Notes under the pieces: generated by a model
The model's database searches: none
What the model saw: the letters and a program-made list of their open reading frames with translations, nothing else
Told to the model about the DNA's origin: nothing
Assembly (NCBI GenBank): GCA_003635195.1
Contig: PYIY01000195.1
Coordinates: 13,961-77,960 of the forward strand
DNA: 64,000 nucleotides
Source of the DNA: Candidatus Poribacteria bacterium
GTDB lineage: Bacteria; Poribacteria; WGA-4E; WGA-3G
Reading direction: 5' to 3'
Translations under genes and position numbers: made by a program
In this document: piece after piece, positions 38,476-48,372 of the stretch
Position numbering within the stretch: position 1 is the first letter of the stretch
Layout of the letters: each line of letters starts with the position of its first letter

Positions 38476-38690
38476 CCCCGATTTAGTAGATGAACGCTCA
38501 CGCGTCAGTTCTACAAAACAGCCTAATTTCTAATTTCAAACAAATACTATCAAAATCTTCTGATTTGAAAGTTATCCCTGCGCTGGTAAAACACACTCGC
38601 CAATCCGAGATTGGTTTGACTATACAAGGCACAAAATTCAGCCAATGCGATCTTGCACCGTGAGCGTTAAATATTATAACACGTCCTTAA

Positions 38691-38780
38691 AGATTTGTCA
38701 ACCAATTTTTTCAATTTTTTCACAGAATTTTGAAAAATTTTAGGGAAATGCTTCGTATTTTTTGATTCGCATCTCAATGG
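38691..38780. repeat. ~85-bp imperfect direct repeat, left copy (partner at 49850..49924)
   Basis: agatttgtcaaccaattttttcaattttttcacagaattttgaaaaattttagggaaatgcttcg...tctcaatgg versus agatttgtcaactattttcaatttccccatagaatttgaaaaactttaagaaaatgatttcactctctcaatgtg. Confidence 0.5.
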
Positions 38781-38923
38781 GGTTATATTACGCAGCAAAC
38801 ACAACAAATCAGATGAAATCAGCACAATTTTGTTCAATTTTCTGTCAATCTGTGCTACAATCTACTGCAGGAATATCTTGAGTCTTCAGAAAATTAACAA
38901 CTGATAAACAGAGGAGAATTAAA

Positions 38924-39700
38924 ATGACTCGCTTTACAATCAGTTTAATCATTGTAGTTTGTGTGTTTGTGCAACTCAGTAACGCTGAAATCGATCCGGA
39001 ATCTATTGTTGGTGCGTGGTTGTTTGATGAAACGAATGGAAAAGTTGCCGCAGATTCATCTGGCAACGATAACGACGGTAAGCTTGTCGGCGGTGCGAAA
39101 TGGGTGAAAGGTAAATTCGGCAACGCTATTGAACTCAATGGAAAGGACGCTTGGGTCACTGTCCCAGAGATCGGACCGCTTGAAGACTTTACGCTCATTA
39201 AATGGTTCAATTCAACAGGGAGAGTTGGCGCGTGGAGATGTTTTTTTAACCGCGACGGTTGGGCAGCGGGGTATGTCCATTATCAATTCCGACCCGATAA
39301 TAAGATGGAGATGGCTATTCACTCCAACAACCCTGTTCGTCATCCGGGTTGGCCCGATTCGGATTTTACAGCGGATAAGGGTATCTTGAATAAATGGTTT
39401 CATCTCGCGGTCGCTTATAGTAGCAACGAAGAATTTGTCCGCGTCTACTTCGACGGTGAACTGGATGCTGAGGGTAAATGGGGTCCCTTACCGGGCGCAT
39501 TTGGACCTGGACGCATCGGTTCATGGAGCGGCGGTGGTAGAGAGTGGGAAGGCATGTTCGATGAAATGATACTCTTCGATGTCGCACTTGAGGAAGATGA
39601 TATCCAGACGCTTATGGATAACGGTTTAGAAGCGGCACTATCAGTTGATCCCGTAGGTAAAGTCGCAACTATTTGGGGTACAATTAAGCAAGGCAGATAG
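38924..39700 (+). CDS. Secreted LamG/concanavalin-A-like lectin fold protein, paralog of 1380..2192
   Basis: GAGGAG SD. Signal peptide is present. WLFDETNGKVAADSSGNDNDGKLVGGAKWVKGKFGNAIEL is LamG_3-like. C-terminal KVATIWGTIK tail motif is present. Confidence 0.7.
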   Translation: MTRFTISLIIVVCVFVQLSNAEIDPESIVGAWLFDETNGKVAADSSGNDNDGKLVGGAKWVKGKFGNAIELNGKDAWVTVPEIGPLEDFTLIKWFNSTGRVGAWRCFFNRDGWAAGYVHYQFRPDNKMEMAIHSNNPVRHPGWPDSDFTADKGILNKWFHLAVAYSSNEEFVRVYFDGELDAEGKWGPLPGAFGPGRIGSWSGGGREWEGMFDEMILFDVALEEDDIQTLMDNGLEAALSVDPVGKVATIWGTIKQGR

Positions 39701-40231
39701 GGCCGCACAGCAGACGGTAATCTTTGGTAAATGTGCTTGGATAGAGATTACAGACTTAATTTGGTAATGTGCGGTGTTAATTGTCAGAATCAGGATTTAC
39801 AGGGTTCAAGGATTTTCAGGATTAGGGGGTATTCTGGAAGAAAACTTGCTTTCGACCAGATAAAGGTTCTCAAAACGGATGGACGCTTGTCTGCTTTAAG
39901 AACATTCATACCCCCAACAATCCCATAAATCCTACAATCTTGCCAATCTCGGTCTATCTGTGTTCAGGGGCATTTAGTTTTAAATATTCACTTTATTTCT
40001 CTGAATATACTTCTTCTGTAGGAGCGAGCTGTGCTCGCGATATTGCGTCCAAAATTTAACATCTGTTAACCAAAATCAAGATTGGAACCGAAAACTGAAT
40101 AGTCCTGATCTGCGTTAAACTTCATATATGATGAAACTACTTGATACTGTCGCACTTTTGGAAGATATACCCATACACAATTCTTTAGTCGGGTAGGAAA
40201 GATAGCTGTATAGAAGCACGAGGTCACAATT

Positions 40232-41788
40232 ATGAAATTAAGCACTGTCGAAGCTAAAAAACGCCCCTCCTTCAACTATATTGAATATTTTGAAACGCAG
40301 CTCTATTATCAATGCATCACGTGTTCAACGGTTGTAGAACCTGAAATGGGGTACTGTCGAGAATGCAATGCAGAGTTAAATCCAAATAATAGGCAGCAGC
40401 TATTTTGCTATGAGTGCAGAAAGCCAATCATCTACAAAAGAGACTATTTCATAAACAAAAAACACTTTGTCTCACACTATCCTGTTAATTACTTAGCATG
40501 CCAATGTCCAGGAAACCTCTGGATACCATTCATAAAAAATCAGAATTTTAGTGATCCTGCTACAGGATTAGTGAGGATCACAGTAGATAATATGTACATT
40601 TGGACTATTTGCTGTGCCGAATCTTCTCGATATAGCAATAATGAAGATATTTACTTCATTAATTGCCAACAGCAAGAAGATGATCTATTCCTAAAGCCCT
40701 ATATAAGATACAATATAGGAAAGACAAAATTATCTACATCAGAACGTAATGAATTTACTGGTAGATACTATAGAATATGCACGGATGTCATATCGTTAGG
40801 TATCAAATTGGGTATTTTAAGAGAATTAATGCGTGATGAAACATTTGCTAGGCGGGGGTGGGTTCGGTTAGAAAATCGGATACAAGAAATATTAGACTTT
40901 TCTGGAATATACTTTAGTAATGAGTTAATATCTAGCCTATTGGAAAATTGTTTTGCCAGATTACGGAGGCTTTTTAATCCAGCCCCCAAAGATAAAGAGA
41001 ACACTGTTGAACGATACAGAAATGACTTTCTCAAAACTTCTTACCCCAAAACACATAAGTTTGAACGTAAGAAATACGGGATCGCAAAACTAATTGGAAG
41101 GCTGAAAATATTAACAAACAAAAGTATATTACACGACGACATTGATTTTAACAGCAATATTTTCCTTGGAGATTGTCGAACCCTATTCGATTTCTACGAC
41201 GACACAGTTCTGAAAACTATAGATATCCTCAACAAGATGCACCGGTTCAAATTGTTCTTTAATCACGAAGACTCATTAAGGTCCTTAGGTTTACATAATA
41301 CTGGTGGAGAGATAGCACTGGCTTACTTGAGATTGGGAGATGAAGCCTTAACCGCATATAAACAAAAACAAGCACTCGAACTATTACGTTTTGACAACTA
41401 CATTGACAATGGAAACCTATCTCCTGAAGAACGTGAAAGTTATGAAAAGAAAAGAGATATTTATGAACGTAACCTTAACTCCTTCTTTGACCGCTGGATT
41501 ATCTGGGATCACCAAACATCTTTAAATATAATCCTTCCAGACGGTCAACATATTGAGATGCCCTATGGTTTCAAGAGTATGCGCCTCACAAAAACCCATG
41601 ATGGCGATTATATTATTTACATTAAAACCCCGGGTATTACCCTATGTCCTAATTACCGTATAGAGTACTTTGGCAATAACGAAAATTTCGCAAGACAGGT
41701 ATTTAGAGTAATTGATAAACAAAGGTATGAACACGAAACTATAGACTTAAGCAATTTCACATACGATTCCTCACTAACTATATTCTGA
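40232..41788 (+). CDS. Hypothetical protein with N-terminal multi-CxxC zinc-ribbon region, encoded in AT-rich DNA
   Basis: 518-aa ORF, about 36-38% GC against about 50% in the flanks. CITCSTV...CRECNAEL...CYECRKP Cys pairs are present. No recognisable catalytic motif. Confidence 0.5.
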   Translation: MKLSTVEAKKRPSFNYIEYFETQLYYQCITCSTVVEPEMGYCRECNAELNPNNRQQLFCYECRKPIIYKRDYFINKKHFVSHYPVNYLACQCPGNLWIPFIKNQNFSDPATGLVRITVDNMYIWTICCAESSRYSNNEDIYFINCQQQEDDLFLKPYIRYNIGKTKLSTSERNEFTGRYYRICTDVISLGIKLGILRELMRDETFARRGWVRLENRIQEILDFSGIYFSNELISSLLENCFARLRRLFNPAPKDKENTVERYRNDFLKTSYPKTHKFERKKYGIAKLIGRLKILTNKSILHDDIDFNSNIFLGDCRTLFDFYDDTVLKTIDILNKMHRFKLFFNHEDSLRSLGLHNTGGEIALAYLRLGDEALTAYKQKQALELLRFDNYIDNGNLSPEERESYEKKRDIYERNLNSFFDRWIIWDHQTSLNIILPDGQHIEMPYGFKSMRLTKTHDGDYIIYIKTPGITLCPNYRIEYFGNNENFARQVFRVIDKQRYEHETIDLSNFTYDSSLTIF

Positions 41789-42234
41789 CCAGTCGCGTAG
41801 GTTGGGTTGAACGGATACCCCCAAACCCTGATAGATCGGCAGGAGAATGAGTTTTCCATAGATGTTAGGTCAGACAAAAACCAAGTGAAACCCAACATTT
41901 TTGCTGATGGTCTGAAGTTGGGTTTCACTGCGTTCTTGATTTCGGATGCCAATATGTTAAATTTACGTGTATTTGGTGCAGCACATCTATTTTCTCAGTT
42001 CCGTTCAACTTGGGGGAGACACCCAAGCAAAACACCTACGCGGCTGTCAACGGCTAAAATTACGGATTTTTCACCGCCTTTCTGTCTAGCGGAATATAGC
42101 GAAATGCCGCGACAGTTGTAAAGGTTACTGCCAATCGACTGTAAGAATATGCCACCTTTCCTGTGGCTGTCGCCGCGGAGGATTTTCGTTTCTATACACC
42201 TGTCGCACGACTGGTACTAAATACGTCCCGATGG

Positions 42235-45200
42235 CTATTGAAAATCAAGCACTTCATCAATCTCTGCCATAATCCGCAGCGTTTCTCCTACTGCAACCAA
42301 AATTCCAGAATACTGCCGCACCTCCGCATGGGTTAACGCCGTGTTTTTTCTATCCTGCAACCACTTCTTACACACCTGATACGCCCCAATCTTATATTCC
42401 CACACCTCAGCAGGTACATCCGTGAAATGTTGATCGTCATTAATCCAAACGTGTCCACCCGCATAGCGAACTTTTGAGACAACGGCATTGCCTTCACCTT
42501 CAAACCGATGTAGCGGTGAAATCTGTACATCTTTCAAAAGATGCCAATCAATCAAATTCTGCCCCAACGCTGCAAGTTTTCGGAAGTATTCAATATCTTG
42601 CGGCAAAGGGATATATGGAAATCCATATTTCAAAAACTCATAGTAACTTTCACGATAGATAGGGCTATAAAGATGGGCGTAGATATAGGCGATAATTTCC
42701 TCTGATGAAACGCCTTGAGGGGGTTTTGATAATGCAGTTTGCGGCAAATCGAATTTTTCTGAGAGCACTTTAAGGAAATCAGGGTTGAAATTATGTTGGC
42801 GTTCTGTTGTCAATTCTGCCCTATTGGGATCCTCATAAATATAGAGCGGGAATACGTGTACAGACTCACTTGATCCACTTGAGAGATAACAATTCTCTGT
42901 AATTTCGTCGGTTATTAAAATATGTTGCCACTGCTTGCCTCCTTTGACTATACGACAGACACAAAGAGCAATATTTTCGTTTAGCAAATGAGGCATAATA
43001 TCATTGCGTGGACTCGTGTGAAATCCGCAGGATCGTCCAGTATAGTAGGTTTTACGAACATCAAAAGGACGGTGTCGAATAGGTACAATATACTGTTTTG
43101 CATTGGAGTGGTCGCGGAGATCTTGTTGTGCCAGATGGACTTTCCAATATCGGTTGTCCAAATCATATTTTTTCTGCACCTCGTTTTCGGAGAGTGACAC
43201 AAAGTTTTGTACAGTCTCGCGTAACGTATTCTCTGTGCGATGAATAGTTACTTCGTTACGTCCGGTGACAATTCCGCTTGAACCGGACTGGAAAATCTCA
43301 TTTAGCTGCCATCCATGTTTGTATATTGCCTCGCGGTTTGGGACAGAATCTTGAGGGACAAAAAGGTAGAGCGGAGATGCGGGATGCAATTCACACCAAT
43401 CAGTTTTTTGGACATCAGTTTCCAAAAGTGTTCTATATTTTTCCTCTCGATTTCCCCACATATCCGCGTAGTAGCATGTTGCTTTGCCCGGAGTGCTGCT
43501 TTCTTTGACGCATAATAGAATCGCAACCCCCACTTCTATGTCAAATACGTTCTGATCCTCTTTTCCATCTGGAATAGCTTCCTCTACTATTATACTGCCG
43601 TGCAAATTAAGTAGGTATATGGAGTCAAAACTGTCTAATAAACTCTGCCGCATCCTACGAAAAGTTAAACCGTCAAGGAAGCTATTATTCACAATGTAAC
43701 CAACAACACCTTCGCCATTTTTATCAATTCGCCACTGTGCCCACCGGATAAACTTAACATAATCGGATTGCAGTGATTTTTTCTGGTCCCAGATCCCCAA
43801 CAGTTGTCCATCTACTGGTTTGTAATCCTCAATGAGCTGTCCAATAAAAGTTGGTTGGTCATCATTATCGCTACTCGGATTTGCCGAGGCTAGGGGATAG
43901 GGTGGATTACCAAGAATGACGAGGAGTGGTTCGTCCCGCTTTACTGAAACCGCTGCATTTGCCTCATCAGAGATAAATCCTGCAAAAGGTAAACGTTGCT
44001 CGCGCTCTATAGGTTCCTCTAACGTATTAGTAAGATAGACGCGGAGACGTTCGGTTGCCTGCCATCCTTGCGCTTGTAGAAACAGACTCAACTTCAGATG
44101 TGCAATCGTATAGGGTGCAACCAACAACTCAAATCCGAAAAGTCGTTTGACCAATTGTGCATTGATATACCGGTTCCAGTCGCCTGTACCGTAGGTCGTT
44201 GTGACGTATTCACGGATGTGGTCAAGTACTGCAAAAAGAAAACCTCCGGTGCCCGTCGCGGGATCAAGAATGAGCGTGTTGTCATCGGAAAGCCCATCAG
44301 ATCTGTTAAGTGCTGTCTTGAGCAAAACATCAACAGATCGAACAATGTAGGAGATAACCTGTGGCGGTGTATAATAGACCCCGCGTTCCACGCGCAGCTG
44401 CGGGTCATATTCAGCAAGAAATGTCTCATAGAAATGGATCACTGGATCTTCAAGATGAGTTCTCGCAATAAACGCCGTGCGAAGCATCTCTGTAGGGACA
44501 TTTTGAAGAAGGTTTGCAATGTCCTCCAAAATATAAGTAATGTTTGCATTAAGATTTGGCGAATCTATTTGGTGGAAAAGTTGTCGCAAAAATGGATTTG
44601 ACTGCGGGAGCGCGCTGGCGGCAGTTTCTCGTGAGAAGTTTGTCGCGTTAGGTAACGCGCAGCGTGCAGCGAAGAGTCCATACGCTAGTGTCTGTGCGTA
44701 CATATCCGCAAACTTGCCAGGAGTCAATGTAGAGAGGAGAAGTTCCTTAAAGGCCGAGAACATCGCGTAGGTGTCGCTGTTTTCATCGGTGAGCCTCGTT
44801 TCGATTTGTGTTTGGAGTTCACGGGTTCGGCGTGCAAGATGCTTCGCGAGTGCCTCCGGAGTGGTGATTTGCATGGAGCCCGCACTGAAAAATCCATCTA
44901 ACAGGCTTTCCAGATTTTCAATTCCGTTGTCAATTAGTGCTATCGCGCGCGATGTCCCATTCGTATATAACCGAAACTCCACGAAATTGGTGAGGATAAA
45001 GTTATCAAGGTTCTCAATAAAACGTTCATTCTGCACCTTGGCGTGCCCAGTGAGTGCATCAAGGTTCCTGCCATAAGCCTCCGCCTCAATATAACCGAGA
45101 GGGAATAGACCTTCTCTGACAACAAAATCCGGTCTGCCGATTTCTAACTGTCGCGGCTCGTGGGTAATCCTGATAGTATATTCTAAAAGTTCAGCGGTCT

Positions 45201-45314
45201 GTTCCAAAAAGTCTTTGAGATGTCCGTGTAAGGAGAGTTCAGCGGTAGCATCGCCCTGTTCTCGGGTCTGTTGGATGTTTTGCCTGTACGTTCTACAAAT
45301 CTGTTGAAATAACA
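42235..45314 (-). CDS. MmeI-family (Type IIL) single-chain restriction-modification enzyme homolog: N-terminal PD-ExK-like domain + N6-adenine DNA methyltransferase + TRD
   Basis: MTase motif I ILDPATGTGGFLFAV and motif IV LGNPPYP are present. The N-terminus GRPDFVVREGLFPLGYIEAEAYGRNLD...LTNFVEFRLY parallels MmeI GFVDLFWPGILLIEMKSRGKDLD...LVCDFQRFRLT (from memory). Start taken as MLFQQIC at 45314 (GGAG SD); the ORF track extends to 45432. Confidence 0.75.
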
Positions 45315-45499
45315 TTAGGCTCCTTTTTAATTCAGATAGTTTTAGAATCGAATATAAATCGCGTTTGTCCTCTCTACTACCAGTACTATTTGTTGAAAAT
45401 GAAAACAGTTGATAATGTTTTGGTAACAACAATACATTAAAACCCTAAGTATGGTAGTGGTATCTGAACGAGCTTTAACTCTGTTCACTGTTAGGAATA

Positions 45500-47449
45500 T
45501 TATCTTCCCCGATTGAGATCTTCAACAGTTTTCTTGATACCTCTTGCAATATTTGTAAATGCCTCATCCTGATTTTCCCATAGCGTCACAGCCTTCACAC
45601 CTCTCGGTAATGCCTGAAGTTTACCAAAGGGTGCCTCTTCCCAATCAACAGGACGCAGTATTATAGGAATTACCCGGGCCTCTCCGACACTGTGTCGTTC
45701 CATAGCACGCTTCATTTCAATATCATAACAATAATCGGATGCAAGGAAATCAGCACTAACAAGCAGAAGTATTATGTGAGCAGTATTCAAGTGTTCATGA
45801 ATCTCTCCTTCCCATTCTCTACCAGCACTTATTTTCCGATCATGCCAATCTGTAATAACTCCCTGTCTTCTCAAAATGGAGAGGTGGTTCTCAAGTTGTT
45901 CTCGTAACTCCTCATCTCTGTGGGAATAAGAATAAAAAAGCTCAACCCCACCCGGTTGCGATCCTGAACCGATTGTTTGATCCTGTTGTTCTTGAATTAA
46001 ATTGGATAAATACTCCCTCTCTGCAATCATTTGGAGAAACGAACCCTCTGGTAATGGAAGAAAAGGATCATCATGTATTGCTTGCATTCTGCGGATGGCG
46101 GCCTCCACTTGTTCACCATGTCGATGACAGACTTTCCAAACTTTCTCCACCTTCTCTTTTTCACTCGTCCCAGGTATATAATCAATGAGATCAATTAACT
46201 CATTGAGCATCTTATAATAAAAATTATCATAATTTAGCGCAGTAAAGTGCTTTGCTTGGCGAACATAATCAATCAGCGTAGTTCTGACTTCATCCTTCCC
46301 AACACCTTCCTTAATAAAATCAAACGTGTAAATACCACTGTCATCTACATCATCTAATTCCGAGCCATAAGCGGCAAATCTTCGATCTATACATTGCGAA
46401 CAACCACCACAATGAGTTGCTTGGCCTGTATGTTGAAGTGTTTGACTGCAAGACACTGTGCTTGTGATCAAATCCTCTCGTCCAGCTTCAGATAGAATCT
46501 GGTAGATTTCTGTTTTGGTTTTCCATAAGAAAGGGGTGGCGATTTTAACTTTCGGTTCATAGATTGTTGCAAAGAAATTCTCAAGACACATTATCGTTTT
46601 TGGATGTGTCGTCCGGCTAGCTCTTGCATTCATCAGATCTTGTCTCTTTGGAAAGTTAATCGAAGTGATTCCATTTTCATAAACAAAAATCTCCCTCTGG
46701 GAAAGAGCATGTGACAAAGCGTAAGCGATAGCAGTATACAAAAAAGAACGAGTTCGTTGCGTTTCCTCCCTCGCTCGAATTTGGCGTAAACTACAATAAA
46801 ATTTGTAATGTCTGATCCGATTCGGATAACGTTGATGAAGTGCTCTAACTAACTGGTCCTGTGTTCTTGCAGTCTCTGGCTGACCAGAACGGTGACTAAT
46901 GAGGCAGAGTTGATCAGAAGAATTTTCAAGACAGTCAACAATCCCAGCCAAGGAATCAAGTCCTCCTGAAAAAAGAATCACTTTTGTATTTTGCTGGGGT
47001 TCAATTTGAAACGTTTCCTGATCAAACAAGTTTGTCGGGTCAGTTGAGTGCCCGGATTGAAAAGAGAAATGATACGTCTGATCGCCGGACATAAAGACGA
47101 GTGTTTCTTTGAGTCTTTCCTTGACATCAGCCCTATCCCAGAAAGCAAAATCTCGAACTTTAATGACAAAGTAAAATGACCTTGCCCAACTATGGGACTC
47201 TACACTGGCTTTATTTCCACGAGAGGTTAACCTATCGGCACAAAAAACATAGGCAGCAATCTCTAACAAATCAAGGATACGATCAGGAAAATGAGATACA
47301 TAGTGTATAAAACTAGGCAGGCCAAGTTTTACATTTGGGATCTTGTTGGAAAATTCTCGATATTCAAGGACTAAATTATCATCTTGAGCCCATTGCTGAG
47401 GTGGATCTGCACCATTACATAGTACAATTCGTGGAGGGACATCTCTCAC
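45500..47449 (-). CDS. Fusion protein: unknown N-terminal domain + QueC-like PP-loop ATP pyrophosphatase domain + C-terminal TIR domain
   Basis: PP-loop KVILFSGGLDSLAGI is present. The QueC-type C-terminal Zn motif reads LWKTKTEIYQIL...STVSCSQTLQHTGQATHCGGCSQCIDRRFA; compare E. coli QueC LMWIDKAETW...[21 protein letters not shown]. The final ~140 aa are a bacterial TIR domain (LFYSYSHRDEE...W...LLLVSADFLASDYCYDIEM with the conserved Glu). Confidence 0.7.
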   Translation of the reverse strand: MRDVPPRIVLCNGADPPQQWAQDDNLVLEYREFSNKIPNVKLGLPSFIHYVSHFPDRILDLLEIAAYVFCADRLTSRGNKASVESHSWARSFYFVIKVRDFAFWDRADVKERLKETLVFMSGDQTYHFSFQSGHSTDPTNLFDQETFQIEPQQNTKVILFSGGLDSLAGIVDCLENSSDQLCLISHRSGQPETARTQDQLVRALHQRYPNRIRHYKFYCSLRQIRAREETQRTRSFLYTAIAYALSHALSQREIFVYENGITSINFPKRQDLMNARASRTTHPKTIMCLENFFATIYEPKVKIATPFLWKTKTEIYQILSEAGREDLITSTVSCSQTLQHTGQATHCGGCSQCIDRRFAAYGSELDDVDDSGIYTFDFIKEGVGKDEVRTTLIDYVRQAKHFTALNYDNFYYKMLNELIDLIDYIPGTSEKEKVEKVWKVCHRHGEQVEAAIRRMQAIHDDPFLPLPEGSFLQMIAEREYLSNLIQEQQDQTIGSGSQPGGVELFYSYSHRDEELREQLENHLSILRRQGVITDWHDRKISAGREWEGEIHEHLNTAHIILLLVSADFLASDYCYDIEMKRAMERHSVGEARVIPIILRPVDWEEAPFGKLQALPRGVKAVTLWENQDEAFTNIARGIKKTVEDLNRGR

Positions 47450-48231
47450 TTCTTACTGCTCTCCCGTTGTAATTCCTCACGCATCTTTCCAAAAGCGTGC
47501 CATAAAAATCCTTGAACCTCTTTTTTGCTAGGAATACCTTTTTTCGTATGTTGATTAAACCAACCTGCTGCGAAAGACTGTGTAATCTTCGCTGTTTCAA
47601 AGGCATTTGAAGAAATAGCATCAATGTGTTTTTCAAGATACTGCCCAAATTTAATTCGTTCATCAATACTACCTAAAGCTGCAGAAATTTCTCTTTCCAA
47701 AAAATACTCTAAATACCCCTGTGTAAATTTTCCGAAAAACAGACGCGATAATTCACAGAATCCCGCACCATTCCCTGCTTTACGCCATACTTCAAAAGGA
47801 TCTTTCAATGAATCCAAAAGACTAAGTGAATTCACGTGATTTTGATCATACCAAATAGAAATTGCTTCACTAGCAGCCTTTTGGGCAATTCCACTATATT
47901 CAAAAGAATCTTTTTGAGATGCAACATAAGCATTGACAGCTTTCGCAAAAGAAAGTGGTGTTGGATTATTAGGAAGTTCAATCCCAATATCCAACAACCA
48001 AACTTGTGGGTTTTCTTCACGCGAAGCAACAGCAAGATTGACTAGGAATTGAAACGTACCCAAAACACCACTATCTCGCTCAATATGACGAAATCGTGAT
48101 CTAACATTCTGAATTGTCTTTTGCGTAATATCCTCGATTTCAGTATCAGATACATGCCTTCCAGCAATCTGTTCAAAAATATCTCGCCACTTTTTCGTTT
48201 GGGGAAGAACAGACATTCGTTCATGACCCAT
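47446..48231 (-). CDS. Hypothetical 261-aa protein translationally coupled to the QueC-TIR gene (ATGA overlap)
   Basis: AT-rich coding ORF with no recognised domain. A possible R-x4-H (RSRFRH) motif is present. Confidence 0.5.
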   Translation of the reverse strand: MGHERMSVLPQTKKWRDIFEQIAGRHVSDTEIEDITQKTIQNVRSRFRHIERDSGVLGTFQFLVNLAVASREENPQVWLLDIGIELPNNPTPLSFAKAVNAYVASQKDSFEYSGIAQKAASEAISIWYDQNHVNSLSLLDSLKDPFEVWRKAGNGAGFCELSRLFFGKFTQGYLEYFLEREISAALGSIDERIKFGQYLEKHIDAISSNAFETAKITQSFAAGWFNQHTKKGIPSKKEVQGFLWHAFGKMREELQRESSKK

Positions 48232-48372
48232 TACTTGATCTCCATATCACAATTTCTTATCGGATTCCCTTATTCCTTGCGTATATTGACAAGGACTTTC
48301 CTTTCTGGCTTTAGCTATCAGAAATCAGAGCCAGTTGTTGACTCCGTGTGGTTCAACAGCATAAGTCCACCT

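Noticed and set aside
42235-45432. BREX PglX methyltransferase or type IV CBASS interpretation of the island
   Set aside because: No brxC/pglZ/brxL genes and no CD-NTase or Cap10 (TGT-like) gene are present. The MTase N-terminus matches the MmeI nuclease-domain pattern instead. The QueC-like gene is fused to TIR, unlike Cap9.
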